Source: Azolla caroliniana
Lineage: Eukaryota; Plantae; Polypodiophyta
Direction: 5' to 3'
Assembly: GCA_043228905.1 (NCBI GenBank)
Contig: JBHGNT010000098.1
Coordinates: 27,695-91,694 of the forward strand
DNA length: 64,000 nt
The position numbers and the translations under genes were made by a program. Every line of letters starts with the position of its first letter. The first letter of the stretch is position 1. This document shows, piece after piece, positions 44,110 to 56,187 of the stretch. The notes beneath the pieces are model-generated. The model was not told where the DNA came from and made no database searches. It was given only the letters and a program-made list of their open reading frames with translations.

Positions 44110-46861
44110 TCAATCTTCCTCCAAAATGGCCCTGATGTTTGGTTCTGCTACGGTGTCCGCGTCCGGGGACGATAGAGGGCCTATAGGCGCGTCGTTGTGT
44201 GGTTCCCCTGCCTGGTCTGGAGAGCTTCTCCTGGTTTTGCGGTCATCCTGTGTGGGTGGGCCGAGTTCTGTGGGCTCTTCTTGGGCGAGGGGGTTTGGTT
44301 CAACCGTCCGTGGGTTTGCGGTAGGTCGTGGTTCTGGTTCATCCGTTAATTCCCCCGTGATGTCGGCCACTGTTGTGCGCTCTAGGGAGTGGGTTTGCGG
44401 TTCGTCTTGGTCTGGGACATTCTCCTTGTGGTCGGCCGTAAGCGTCTTCTCCAGTGGCTGGGGTTCCACTTGGGCGGTGGTGTCGCTGTTTGGTATTGCG
44501 GGGGACTCCGCTCGTCGTTCCGCGTTGTTCACCGTAGTGGTAATTTCTGGTGACCTGGCTTGAGGTTCCTCTTGTTCAGCAATATCCTGACTTGGTGTCG
44601 CGATGGATTCCTCGTTTGTTCACGTGCTGCCGGCTTGCGTGATCTGGTGAAACAGATCCTCCCGACTTTCGCTAAAATCTTCTAGAAGTTGCGCGAGTTC
44701 CTCAGAGTGTTGGTTCGCTAGCACGCGATAATCCCGTGCTAGGTCCTCGCGTACCACCGCAATGCTTTCCTCATTGAGCTTGTAGAACCCGCGACCGCTT
44801 TTCCTTCGGTTCTCCCAGTCCGCCCGGTATGTATGCAACTCTGTTGCCTACTGCCCTCCAGCCTTTATCGAGCGCCGCTTTTAATTGCGTCGTAAACCTC
44901 TCCCGATTGATTTGAAGAAGTATGCGCACGTTGTCGGTTATTGCTTGACAACGGTTGCGTGCTTCTTCTACGGTCCTTCTGAGGTTGTCAATTTCCTGTT
45001 TATTAACTGCCGTTGCTTCCTCAAAAGTGCTCCTCATTCCTACCCATAGCTGAGATTCCTTCGCATGTAATTCCTCCAGCCTGCCCATTTCATTGTTTAG
45101 ACAGATTTCGAGTTGATGTCTTCTCTCCTGTTCGCCCACCAATTGCTCGTCGAACCATACTTTCTTTTTCTCTAATAGGGCTCGGAGTCCCGCGATTGCC
45201 GCTTCCGATTTTTTCGCTTCTTCCCGTAATTGGGTGTTTTCTTCTTTCGTACGGGTGTGCTCTACTGTCTCCACTACGAGTTTCTCTTTAAGGGTCCTTA
45301 CTACCTTTCGGCCGTTGGCTTGGATGTCCCTTTCCCTATTTGAGGACTAGTGAAGTTCAGCGCGGAGGCGGTCAATTTCTGATTCCGTTAGTTGTACGAC
45401 CCTTTTTGCTTTTGAGGCAATGGCGGTCTGAGCCTCAATCTCTTCCCTCAGGGTTTCGACGGCGTTGTTTGGTGGTGGAGTTGCCTGTTGCACCGTTTTC
45501 ATGTTATTTTCCAGCTCCGCGATGCGTTCGTTAGCTTTTTGCAGCTTGGCTTGGGTCAATTTAACCTTCTTCCACACATTCTTATTTTTAATGGCCATCT
45601 CCTTGGCGCCCATGTTGACCTTGGCCAGTTCCCTATGAACTTCAACTAGGGCTGCGTTTAATGGGGGTAGTTCCATCCCCATTCGGCGTATACCGGTGTT
45701 CCTCTATCTGCCTACTCTGGCTAACTGGTCCTCATCGTCACTTTCCGTCGTTTGTGTTAATGCATGCTCGATCATTTGGCACTCCGCGTGCTCCTCAACC
45801 ATTTGTTGTGAGACTTTTATTTGTTACGTTGCCAAGAATTCCATGAGCTCAAAAGAGGTTCTGAACTGTAATAGTGCGCCGAATTCATGGGCACGTGTCT
45901 GGGATGTCTGGATACACCAGGCCTTGCTTTCCGCCGTCAATACGGCCTTCCCTCGCTGAGACTAGGCCTTAATGATCGGCTATGGTTCCCGGATTATTTT
46001 GAAGGTGGTGTTGGGCTCCGTAGCTGCGCAACTGTCACCTACGGTCGTTGTCTCCGAAGCCGTGAGTGCGTCTTTCACTAATCCTCGCCCATCTTTCTTG
46101 TCCAGCCTCCGCGTTTTCGGCCTGGGGCTTCCCTGTCGTGGTTCGGCATCTGGCTCTGGTGCCACTTCCTCGGTGCCTGCCGCCTACTCTTCCTGCATTG
46201 TTCGCGTGTTCAGCTGGGCGGGTTGAGGTTCATCTTCCCACTCTGTGGTGGCTAACTTTCCTAACCTTCGCTTCGCTAATCGTGGAGGCGGTGTGGGCTT
46301 GCTGGGCCGCGGTGCCGGCAGCCCTCGGGGTGGGAATAGTACCGTAAGGTACTGTTGTATGATAGTCCTGAGCTTTTCGCCTCCTTGATACACATGCAGA
46401 CCTTCTCTTAATGCACCCAATTGACCGTACGCCTTTCAAAGGTATCAATAATGATACCTACCTTCTGCTTCGGCATCCCGTATGCGTTTACATGAACGCA
46501 GCCGACCTCTAATAGGAACATGGCAACTTCGCGGAAAAAGGGATCTGGGATCTCCTTCATTCTATATGCCTTGGCGGAGGACGAATATGGACTGAAATAT
46601 CTCTGCAACCACTCCGCAGGAGGGATTTCGAAATGCCTTTCACCTAGTGATGACAGGTCCAACTTTTTTCGAATGGATGAGTTGGTGATCGTGTCGATGT
46701 TGAGCTTTCTGGCGATTTCCAATGCATCCGGTGTCGCGTTGTTACGCACGTGCGTGGAGAAAGGCGGGACCACGGGGGTCTTGGACTAGAGAGTGATGGA
46801 GCGTAGGAAGTCGTGCTTCACTGTTTCTGGGGCATCCCAGAAACACACCGGAAGCAACCGA

Positions 46862-46865
<4 letters not shown>
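44110..46865 (-). pseudogene. Gypsy extra ORF (about 900 codons): N-terminal globular domain, coiled coil, acidic/Pro tail; frameshifted
   Basis: Collinear fragments 46408-46773, 46230-46448, 45980-46165, 45347-45682, 44771-45274, 44620-44838, 44110-44532. Confidence 0.7.
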
Positions 46866-46903
<38 letters not shown>

Positions 46904-47822
46904 TGCTTAACACCGGCTCACGCACACACACACACACGCACACGCACACGCACACGCCCGCACGCACAGCCCAACCCGACTCACGCCTTATGTACAGAAA
47001 ACGCAGGAGAGGGTAAGCACCCGACGCCAACAACGACGCGAATATACACAGACAAACGTATACGTATATATATATATATTTAGAAGAAGAGTACATTCCC
47101 GGCTTCGAGCCGGACTGAGGTAGGTTACAGTAGTCGTCTGCTGCCAAGCCGCCGTTGGGGAGCTCTCAGCTCGTCGCGCCAAGCGGGGTCTTGCACAGGA
47201 GGCCGAACCAAAGCAAACCCTAAGCAAACACACAGAAGGAGAAGAAGAAGAACCTAACTCTAAACCTAATGGTATACCCTCTAATGCAAAATGGGCATAG
47301 TACCGTAAGGTACTGTTGTATGATAGGCCTGAGCTTCTCGCCTCCTTAATACGCATGCAGACCTTCTCTTAACGCCCCCAATCGACCGTACGCCCTTCAA
47401 AGGTATCAATAATGATACCTACCTTCTGCTTCGGCATCCCGTATGCGTTTACATGAATGCAGCTGACCTCTAATAGGAACATGGCAACTTCGCGGAAAAA
47501 GGGATCTGGGATCTCCTTCGTTCTATATGCCTTGGCGGATGACGAATATGGACCAAAATATCTCTGCAACGACTCTGCAGGAGGGATTTCGAAATGCCTT
47601 TCACCTAGTGAGGATAGGTCCAACTTTTTCCGAATGGATGAGTTGGTGACCATGTCGATGTTGAGCTTTCTGGCGATTTCCAATGCATCCGGTGTCGCGT
47701 TGTTACGCGCATGCGTGGAGAAAGGCGGGACCACGGGGGTCTTGGACTAGAGAGTGATGGAGCGTAGGAAGTCGTGCTTCACTGTTTCTGGGGCATCCCA
47801 GAAACACACCGGAAGCAACCGA

Positions 47823-47866
<44 letters not shown>

Positions 47867-48325
47867 TGCTTAACACCGGCTCACGCACACACACACACAC
47901 ATGCACACAGACGCGCACACACGCACGCACAGCCCAACCCAACTCACGCACACACACACACACACATGCACACAGACGCGCACACACGCACGCACAGCCC
48001 AACCCAACTCACGCCTTATGTACAGAAAACGCAGGAGAGGGTAAGCACCCGACGCCAACAACGACGCGAATATACACAGACAAACGTATACGTATATATA
48101 TATATATTTAGAAGAAGAGTACATTCCCGGCTTCGAGACGGACTGAGGTAGGTTACAGTAGTTGTCTGCTGCCAAGCCGCCGTCGGGGAGCTCTCAGCTC
48201 GTCGCGCCGAGCGGGGTCTTGCACAGGAGGCCGAACCAAAGCAAACCCTAAGCAAACACACAGAAGGAGAAGAAGAAGAACCTAACTCTAAACCTAACGG
48301 TATACCCTCTAATGCAAAATGGGCA
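46336..48325. repeat. Tandem duplication of about 1 kb (46336-47296 / 47297-48325) including (GA)n, (CA)n and (TA)n blocks
   Basis: Near-identical ORFs 46408-46773 and 47369-47734; both units start atagtaccgtaagg and end aatgcaaaatgggc. Confidence 0.92.
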
Positions 48326-48642
48326 ACCCCTACACAAAGGGCGTTCCCTTCCTTTTATAGAACAAGGAGAGGGATGCGTTACAATGTGGGACAAATCCCA
48401 ACTTTCATGGGATCGTCTGTCCGGACTTGACTACTCTTCGGCGCCATAAAGGCGCCCTCGATATTCACACTAAATGTACATGGGTGCGTACACACGCTGC
48501 ACCCCGCCGATGTAGCCAATATTTCCCGGTTTCCGCCTCTGGCCGAAATTCTTCATGACATCCGCCCCCACCTAACTGCATGTCCATCGGTACGTGCCAA
48601 ATCTGGTTAAAGGGTGAGAGATTTCGGCCGGTGAGAAACTGG

Positions 48643-51600
48643 TGTCGTGAAGAAAACCGTCCACAAGCGGAATCGGTGCACCGGAGCATAGGAACCGGCT
48701 CTTCATGCACGTACGCCTTGTGTTGTACATAGGAGAGAATTACGGACATGGGAGATCCTAGGTAGGTAGATTCGGTAGGTAGGAAGTTAATAGGAAACGG
48801 CCCCCTTCTTGCCTAGAGAAGGAGGGAGACGAGGAGGAGGAAGGGATCGCGAAGTAAGAGAGGACGAAGTGTTGTCGGATTGTGGGATGAAGGCTTCTCT
48901 CTCTTTCAAACTCCATAGCTTCTTTCTGCGCAGGTTTCGGGAGGCTCGCGCTGCTCTGAGGAATGCCCGAGTGCTTCCGGCAGCACCTCCAACCTACTCG
49001 TTTCTTTCTGTGCGTTTACGAACAGGCATCGGCATCTGTTCGCCGGCCTGTTCGGTTGTAACGGACTTCGTGTTCTTGTTGTTTGTCTTTGTTAATACAT
49101 ACATACTTTCGTGTCTATCTGTGTCGCTGTCCCACTCGCGTCTTTGTGTCAAAGGGCCGTGTCCCTGTGAATCTACGCTCGCACGTAGTGGGTTCCCTTC
49201 TCCTTTCTCTCTTGCTCTTCGGTACAAGACCCCCAGGGTCCCGCCTCATTCCACGCATCCGCGAGGAATACCTCGACATCTTGGTGAACCCGACGTGAAA
49301 GAGGCGGCAGAAGAGCAGAAGATGAAGGGGTCGGATCTTGCGAAGGCCATGGCTTCGGCAGTGGATTGGATATTGAGCGCACGCGAGGGCTCCGGCGCCC
49401 TCGACAGAACCATTGAGGCGGTCGTCGGTACGATCGGCCGGTTCAGCGGAAAGGATGCCACGAAGTATTTGGCGTCCTACGGGGCAGAAATGTTGATGCG
49501 GGACATTCCGGAAGAGAGGCGTCTTGGCGGGTTCCCTCGAGTGGCGATGCCGAGCATCCATGCGGAGGTGCTCGAGGTACGGGCGGAGAGTCGTACCTGG
49601 GAGGAGTTCGAAGGTCGACTCCTAGAAAAATACGGGCTGGGCGACACGCTCCGGCTTTCGAAATGGCACTTCATGGAGTGGGTGGAGTCCCCCGACAAGG
49701 GAAGAAACGCGTCAGCACTCCTCGGGGAGTTCGAAGAACGCTTTGCGCGCCTTTCGGCGCTTGACCGAACCGTTCTGGATACGAGCCGGGTCCTACTATT
49801 CGTCAAGTCGGTGGACGAGCAGGACCGGGATCAAGTCGGCTCCTTGCTGGAAACCGAAGACGGGCTGACGACCGACTGGGTTGCGGTTAAGAGAGTCTGT
49901 GGCCGTTTCGACAAACGGCGAGAATGGGCTGACAACGGGGCGGCTGGTGCGGGCTCTGTCACAGCAAGGAGGCTTGAACCGGCACCGCAAGGGCGAAGGG
50001 AAGAAACCCGGGAATGGCTAGAAACCGGTCCGGCTTCGACCGGCATGGTCAGTGGCTCGTCCGGAGGAGCAGCATTGGAGGAGTTGACGCGGGCGATAAA
50101 GGATCTCCAGATCGCCCAAACTCGAAGGGAAGGCAGCGAACCGGCTCTTGACCGACGACCGGTAGCAGGGAACAGGTGCATGTGGTGCGACGAGGTTGGC
50201 CACATCGGGAAGGACTGCGGCGATTTCGCAGAAGCGTTGAGGAACCGGGTGGTATACCTATGGGAAGGCCGGGTGCACGTCGGCGACACCAGAAGGGCAC
50301 TGAACCGAAACGACGGGTGAGGAGGAATGAAGAGACTGATGGAAGAGGCAGCGGCCCGACACTTGGAGGCCATCCACTACTCGGCATCGGCCGGCATTCG
50401 GGTCGGGGGCAGCGAGGCCCGAAAGGAGGGTAAAGACGGATTCTGGTCGGCAATGCTGGAAGGTCTTGCTGGCGCACGGCTAAGGAAAGATGAAATGGAC
50501 CGCACTGAGAGACGGGTCCGGGAAATAACCGGGTGGAGCGATCCGGTCGAGGAGAAGACGGGCGTCGTAGAAGCCGCCTGCCGGAACTACGAGGCTCTGG
50601 TAGAAGACAAACGAGTGGGGAAAGCCGGAGCGGCCGGGCCCTGACAACGGTACGAGACCCGATTCGGGCAACGACGGAATGATGCCGGTGGGTCCAGCTC
50701 ACAAGATAACCCCAGGAAGGGCGGATACCGACTGGGGACGGAAATAGAAAGGACTACGGACCTACGAAAGGTCCTAGAAGAACGGATCCTCGACAACAAA
50801 GTGCAGCTGTCATTGCGAGAAGTGCTAGGGATCGCCAAGAAGGAGTTCCACGACTCCATTGTGGACTTGGTGAAACGGAAGAGGCTGTCGACGGAGACAG
50901 AACCGGAGAGACCGGTGGAGGTGCGGACGACGCACATCGACGACTCGGCGCTGGCAGATGAGTGGGCGGAGAGCCACTATTCGAGGCCACATTGGGCCCA
51001 AGTGACCACGGAGACCCCGGTAAAGATCGGAGATGTTCAGGAACCGGTGGTGGCGTTGGTGGACCACGGTTCGGAAATAAACCTAATGTCCATGGACTTC
51101 TATAAGAAGGGAAAGTGGCCGATCAACACCAGGCACGGGTGGAAGATACGGGCAGCGACGCGCGCCACTGAGGAACTGCACGGGGCCTGCCCGAACGTGC
51201 GAGTCAAGATCGGCGACGTCGAGATTGACCAGCACTTCTTCGTACAGGAGACGTCCTCGCACCCGGTCATATTAGGGGAACCATACATCACGGCGGCGCG
51301 AATGGAGACCAAGGTGCTGGATAACGGTTCGGCCTATGCGAGGGTCAAAAGCCAGGATGGGCGCCATTCGGTCCAATTTCTGATGGTACGACCAAACCAC
51401 GAGCGAAACCACGAATCCCTCGGTGGCGAGAACCAGGAGGATTTTTAGAGAGGGCTGCCGAGGCGTGGGGCCGAGACAGCCCGGACACTCGGGAAAGACC
51501 CCACAGTTGTACAATAGAACCGAAATCGAAGGAACCCTGTACGATAGGTAGGAAATTTTGCTTCTCCAACAACGGAGGATGTATGATAGTCGGCATCGTT

Positions 51601-54600
51601 GGCCGAGAAAAGACAAGGGCGGAAGTACGACTTCGAGTGTGCGGAGTTCTCGGCCCGGACGAGGAAATCAGCGGAGCCGTGGAGGCGGTCTCCTTCAACG
51701 ACACCTTGGGGATTCTGAGGAAGGTAGCCGGAGAAGACCTTAACGAAGACCGGACGATACCGGTATGTTCCGAAGAGATGTACGAAGTCATCGCGAACTT
51801 CAGCCAGGGACTCCGGTCGGATCGGACGGCCCAAGTTAGCACGAAGTACAAGACTGTGGACCGGAAGGTAAGGCCAGTCGCGGCACACTTACCGGAGGGC
51901 AGCGAGTCCCGAATCAAAGGGGTTGCGTCAGACCCCAGTTTACGAGATCCGGCCTGCATTGGACACACCTTCACCGACGGGACGCTCCGGGAGCTCAAGA
52001 TCGGTGGGGGCGGGTTCCTACTGCCGGCGGAGGAAGACCGGTTTCGGAGAATGCTCAGAAGGCACGGGAAAGCCTTCGCATTTTCGCCGGAAGAGATCGG
52101 GTGGGTAGACCCGACAATCGTGGAGCGGATGGTGATATTCACGGTACCGCATGTGCCGTGGAATCTCAAGCCGATTCCGGTACCAAGAGCTCACATCCCG
52201 GAGTTGATGGAGCTATTGAGGCGGAAAGTCGATATGGGTATTCTTGAACCGTCGAGTGCGCCATACTCGAACCGATGGTTTACCGTACCAAAGAAAAACG
52301 GAACATTGCGCTTCATTCAAGACTTGCAGCCGGTCAACAGAGTGACCATTCGGAACGCAGGGATCGGACCGACCATAGACGAGTTCGCGGAGGCCTTCGC
52401 CGGAAGGTCGATTTATTCGGTCGGTGATCTGTACTTGGGGTACGACCAGTTCCAGCTAGCCGTGGAGAGCAAGGACATTACGACGATGCGAACTCCCCTC
52501 GGCCTAGTGGGAATGTGTACCCTGCCACAAGGAGGGACCAACTCGGTGGCCCACATGGTGAATGCAATGAACAAGGTACTGAGGGATTGCATCCCGAACA
52601 TCACCATGCCATTTCTAGACGACATCCCGATCAAGGGGTGCCCGGTGGAAGAGAAGGACGCAACACTCAGACCGGACGGATGCCAGCGATTCGTGGCAAC
52701 ACACATCGACGACTGCGAGAAGGTGCTACAAAGGCTAGAGGATGCGAGGCTCACCTTCTCCGGGGAGAAATCGGCCCTCGGGCAATCAGAGATCCTGGTG
52801 GTCGGACACCTATGTGGACCATATGGCCGGAAGCCGTCTCCGACAAAAGTAGAAGCCATCTCCGCGATGAAGACCGACTGTAGCTCGGTTACGGAAGTTC
52901 GGAGGTTCCTGGGGGCGTGCGCATTCTACCACATATGGATCCCGCATTACGCCCACGTTGCGGAGCCGCTATACGGGTTGCTGAAGAAAGGGCGAAAATT
53001 CAAGTGGCGAGACGAGCACACGGAGTCGGTCCGGAAGCTGAAGGAAGCTCTTGCGGCAGCATCGGCGCTCCGGAAGGCTGTCTATGGGAAGGGTACTCCA
53101 ATATACATAACAGTGGATACGAGTCCGACCGGGATCGGATGGGTCGTCAACCAAGAAGACAAGGACGGCATTCGGTTCCCGATCCGATTCGGCGCAAAGG
53201 TCCTCAGTGAGCGACAGCGAGGGTACGCCCAGGTTAAGCGCGAACTCTGGGGTATCGTTTCGGCAGTAAAGGCCGACAAAGACTACCTGATCGGGACAGG
53301 AGTGGTTATCGAGATGGATTGCCTGCCAATTCTCGGCATGGTTTCCGGATGCGCGACACCGGACCTGGCGATGCTCAGGTGGATAGCGTATATCAAGTCC
53401 CTGGACCCGGAAATACGACACATTTCCGGAAAGGACAACGCCATGGCTGACATGCTTTCGAGGGCGAGGTTTGATGACGAGGGCGGCATATTTTCGGAGG
53501 ACGAAGAAGTCGGCGTGGACTTCTTCGAGGCAGCATACGTGAAGACCGATGGGACGAGCACTCTGGCACTTAACGACTTCGACGAGAGCAAGTACGACGG
53601 CGAGTGGCTCCGGATCGGTGGATTTTTGAGGACAATGACGCCGGATGCGTCATGGACGAAGGACGAGGCCAACCGGATCCGGAAGAAAGCTTACCGATTC
53701 TTTCTCCGGGACGGATACTTATGGAAGCACCCGAAGAAGAGGAACGGCGTCCCGCTCCGGGTGGTGGCGATGATGGAAGAACAGGAGGAGCTGCTGACGG
53801 CTTACCACGACAGCCCTTGGGCTGGTCACCGTGGAACGTGGGCCACGTTCGAGAAGATAAAGGAGAAGTACTGGTGGCCTAGACTGTACCGGGACGTGCA
53901 TCGGTTCGTGACAACTTGCGAGAGCTGCCAGATGCACTCCATAGTTCGGCATCGGGACGAGCTTCACCCTACGTACCCTCCGACCATCCACTTCAAATGG
54001 ATGGTAGATCTGGTGACGATGCCGATGGGCGTAGGACAGATGCGGTATCTGGTCCTGGCTCGGGAAGATCTGACGAACCAGGTGGAAGGCCGAGCCCTTC
54101 AGAACAAAACGACCCCGGTACGGGTGCGTCGGGAAGATCGTGGCTGATCGCGGGGAGTTGGATGCCGAAGAGGCCAAGGAGTTGTTCGACCGGCTAGGAG
54201 TCAAGCTCTCGCTTACCACTGCGTACAATCCGGAGGCGAATGGGAAGGTGGAGCGTGGACACGGACCGATCGTCAAGGCGTTTGTTCGGGCATGCGGGGG
54301 GCAAGTCGGGAACTGGCCGCGGTTGCTGCCTTACGCGTTGTGGGCTGACCGAACTACGCACAGTTCGGTAACCGGATTCATGCCGGCAGAGCTGATGTTT
54401 GGGCAGAAGCCGGTCATGTCGATGGAACGTACGATCTCCTCGTGGGCAACCGTGGACTGGAGAGACGAGATGAGCCGGGAGGAACTGCTAGAGGCGCGTA
54501 TACGACAGCTCGAGCGAAGACCGGAGGACGTGGAGCAGGCTGCGGAAAAGCTTCGGGAAGCAAGGATGAGGAACAAAGCCCGGTTCGACCGAACGCACCG

Positions 54601-55613
54601 GCTTCGACCGAAGAAGATCGAGGAAGGCGACTGGGTGCTAGTCTACAATAGCAGCCTCGACAACCAGCACCGAGCGACACGGAAGTTCGCAAGAAGGTGG
54701 TTCGGGCCTTACGTGGTACAAAGCGCCAACGACAACGGGACGTACCATCTGGCGGAACTCGACGGCACGAGAATGGCAATACCGGTAGCTGGGAAGCGGA
54801 TCAAAGCGTTCAAGAAGCGTCAGGACGACGAGCCGGATCCGGTTAACCTGGACCGGAACGACGAACGATCCGAAACCGAGGAAGAACCGACGGGCGGGGA
54901 ATGAAGGCTGGACCGGTTTTCTCCGTCCCAACTCAATTTGGCGCATGTCGGTGGATGCACGGTTAGGTGGGGGCGGATGTCATGAAGAAAACCGTGCACA
55001 AGCGGAATCGGTGCACCGGAGCATAGGAACCGGCTCTTCATGCACGTACGCCTTGTGTTGTACATAGGAGAGAATTAGGGACATGGGAGATCCTAGGTAG
55101 GTAGATTCGGTAGGTAGGAAGTTAATAGGAAACGGCTCCATTCTTGCCTAGAAAAGGAGGGAGACGAGGAGGAGGAAGGGATCGCGAAGTAAGAGAGGAC
55201 GAAGTGCTGTCGGATTGTGGGCCGAAGGCTTCTCTCTCTTCCAAACTCCATAGCTTCTTTCTGCGCAGGTTTCGGGAGGCTCGCGCTGTTGTGAGGAATG
55301 CCCGAGTGCTTCCGGCAGCACCTCCAACCTACTCGTTTCTTTCTGTGCGTTTACGAACAGGCATCGGCATCTGTTCGCCGGCCTGTTCGGTTGTAACCGA
55401 CTTCATGTTCTTGTTGTTTGTTTTTGTTAATACATACATACATTCGCGTCTATCTGTGTCGTTGTCCCACTCGCGTCTTTGTGTCGAAGGGCCGTGTCCC
55501 TGCGAATCTACGCTCGCACGTAGTGGGTTCCCTTCTCCTTTCTCTCTTGCTCTTCGGTACAAGACCCCCGAGGTCTCGCCTCATTCCACGCATCCGCGAG
55601 GAATACCTCGACA
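48643..55613 (+). mobile_element. Ty3/Gypsy element of fungal-like (Ylt1-type) lineage
   Basis: 636-bp LTRs 48643-49278 and 54978-55613 (roughly 3-4% divergent). PBS TGGTGAACCCGACGTGA (tRNA-Trp) 49282-49298; PPT aggtgggggcgga; flanks CTGG/CCGG (4 bp). Confidence 0.92.
49322..54904 (+). pseudogene. gag-protease and RT-RH-IN polyprotein with stops and a deletion in integrase
   Basis: CMWCDEVGHIGKDC, LVDHGSEIN, YSNRWFTVPKK...PFLDD, HDSPWAGH...CESC, WFGPY. Possible -1 slip GGATTTT 51439-51445 with a downstream GGGCTG/CAGCCC stem. Confidence 0.9.
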
Positions 55614-56187
55614 CCGGTCTCCCGTGATCCGCATCACGGCTCGCTGCGGGTTTGATCCGTCGGCTTCGAGTCTTCCTTCGCGCTTGCCTCCCCGTAGGTT
55701 CGTTCGTCCCGTCGATGGGTCCTCTGCCGCGATCTCCGTAGTACATGTACTTCCGTTGGCCTTGTTCAGCCGTATGAATGCCCCGCTTCCCGCCGTAGGC
55801 CCGATGTCCTCCGCTTGAGGCATGCCCGTACTGGCCCACTTGGCCTCTGTTGTCCAATCGTGATGTCCCGATGGTGTTTCGCGTTGCCTTCGTCCTTTCA
55901 CCGCCACCTTCCTTCATGGTCTTACATCGCTGCGTCGGCTCGAACCGCCATGGTCTCCGGAACGGTGTGGGGATCCCTTTCCGGTCTTCTCCGCGATACC
56001 TCCGAACCGCGCAACCTATCTCCGCGCTCGCCTTTCCGCTTCGGCACCTCCGTGTGCCATGTACCCTCGCCTGTTGTTTGGCACCGCCTATGTCGCACTC
56101 CGGTTTGTTGCACGCCTTGTCGGCCCCCTTTTTGGCCAGATCGTGCATCGTCGTTCACCCGCATACCGGCGTCCTTTGCATCCGAGG

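Noticed and set aside
48809-49321. LTR-encoded N-terminal part of the 503-aa ORF (and 55144-55818)
   Set aside because: Open frame through the LTR and PBS from a non-ATG codon; gag more plausibly starts at ATG 49322.
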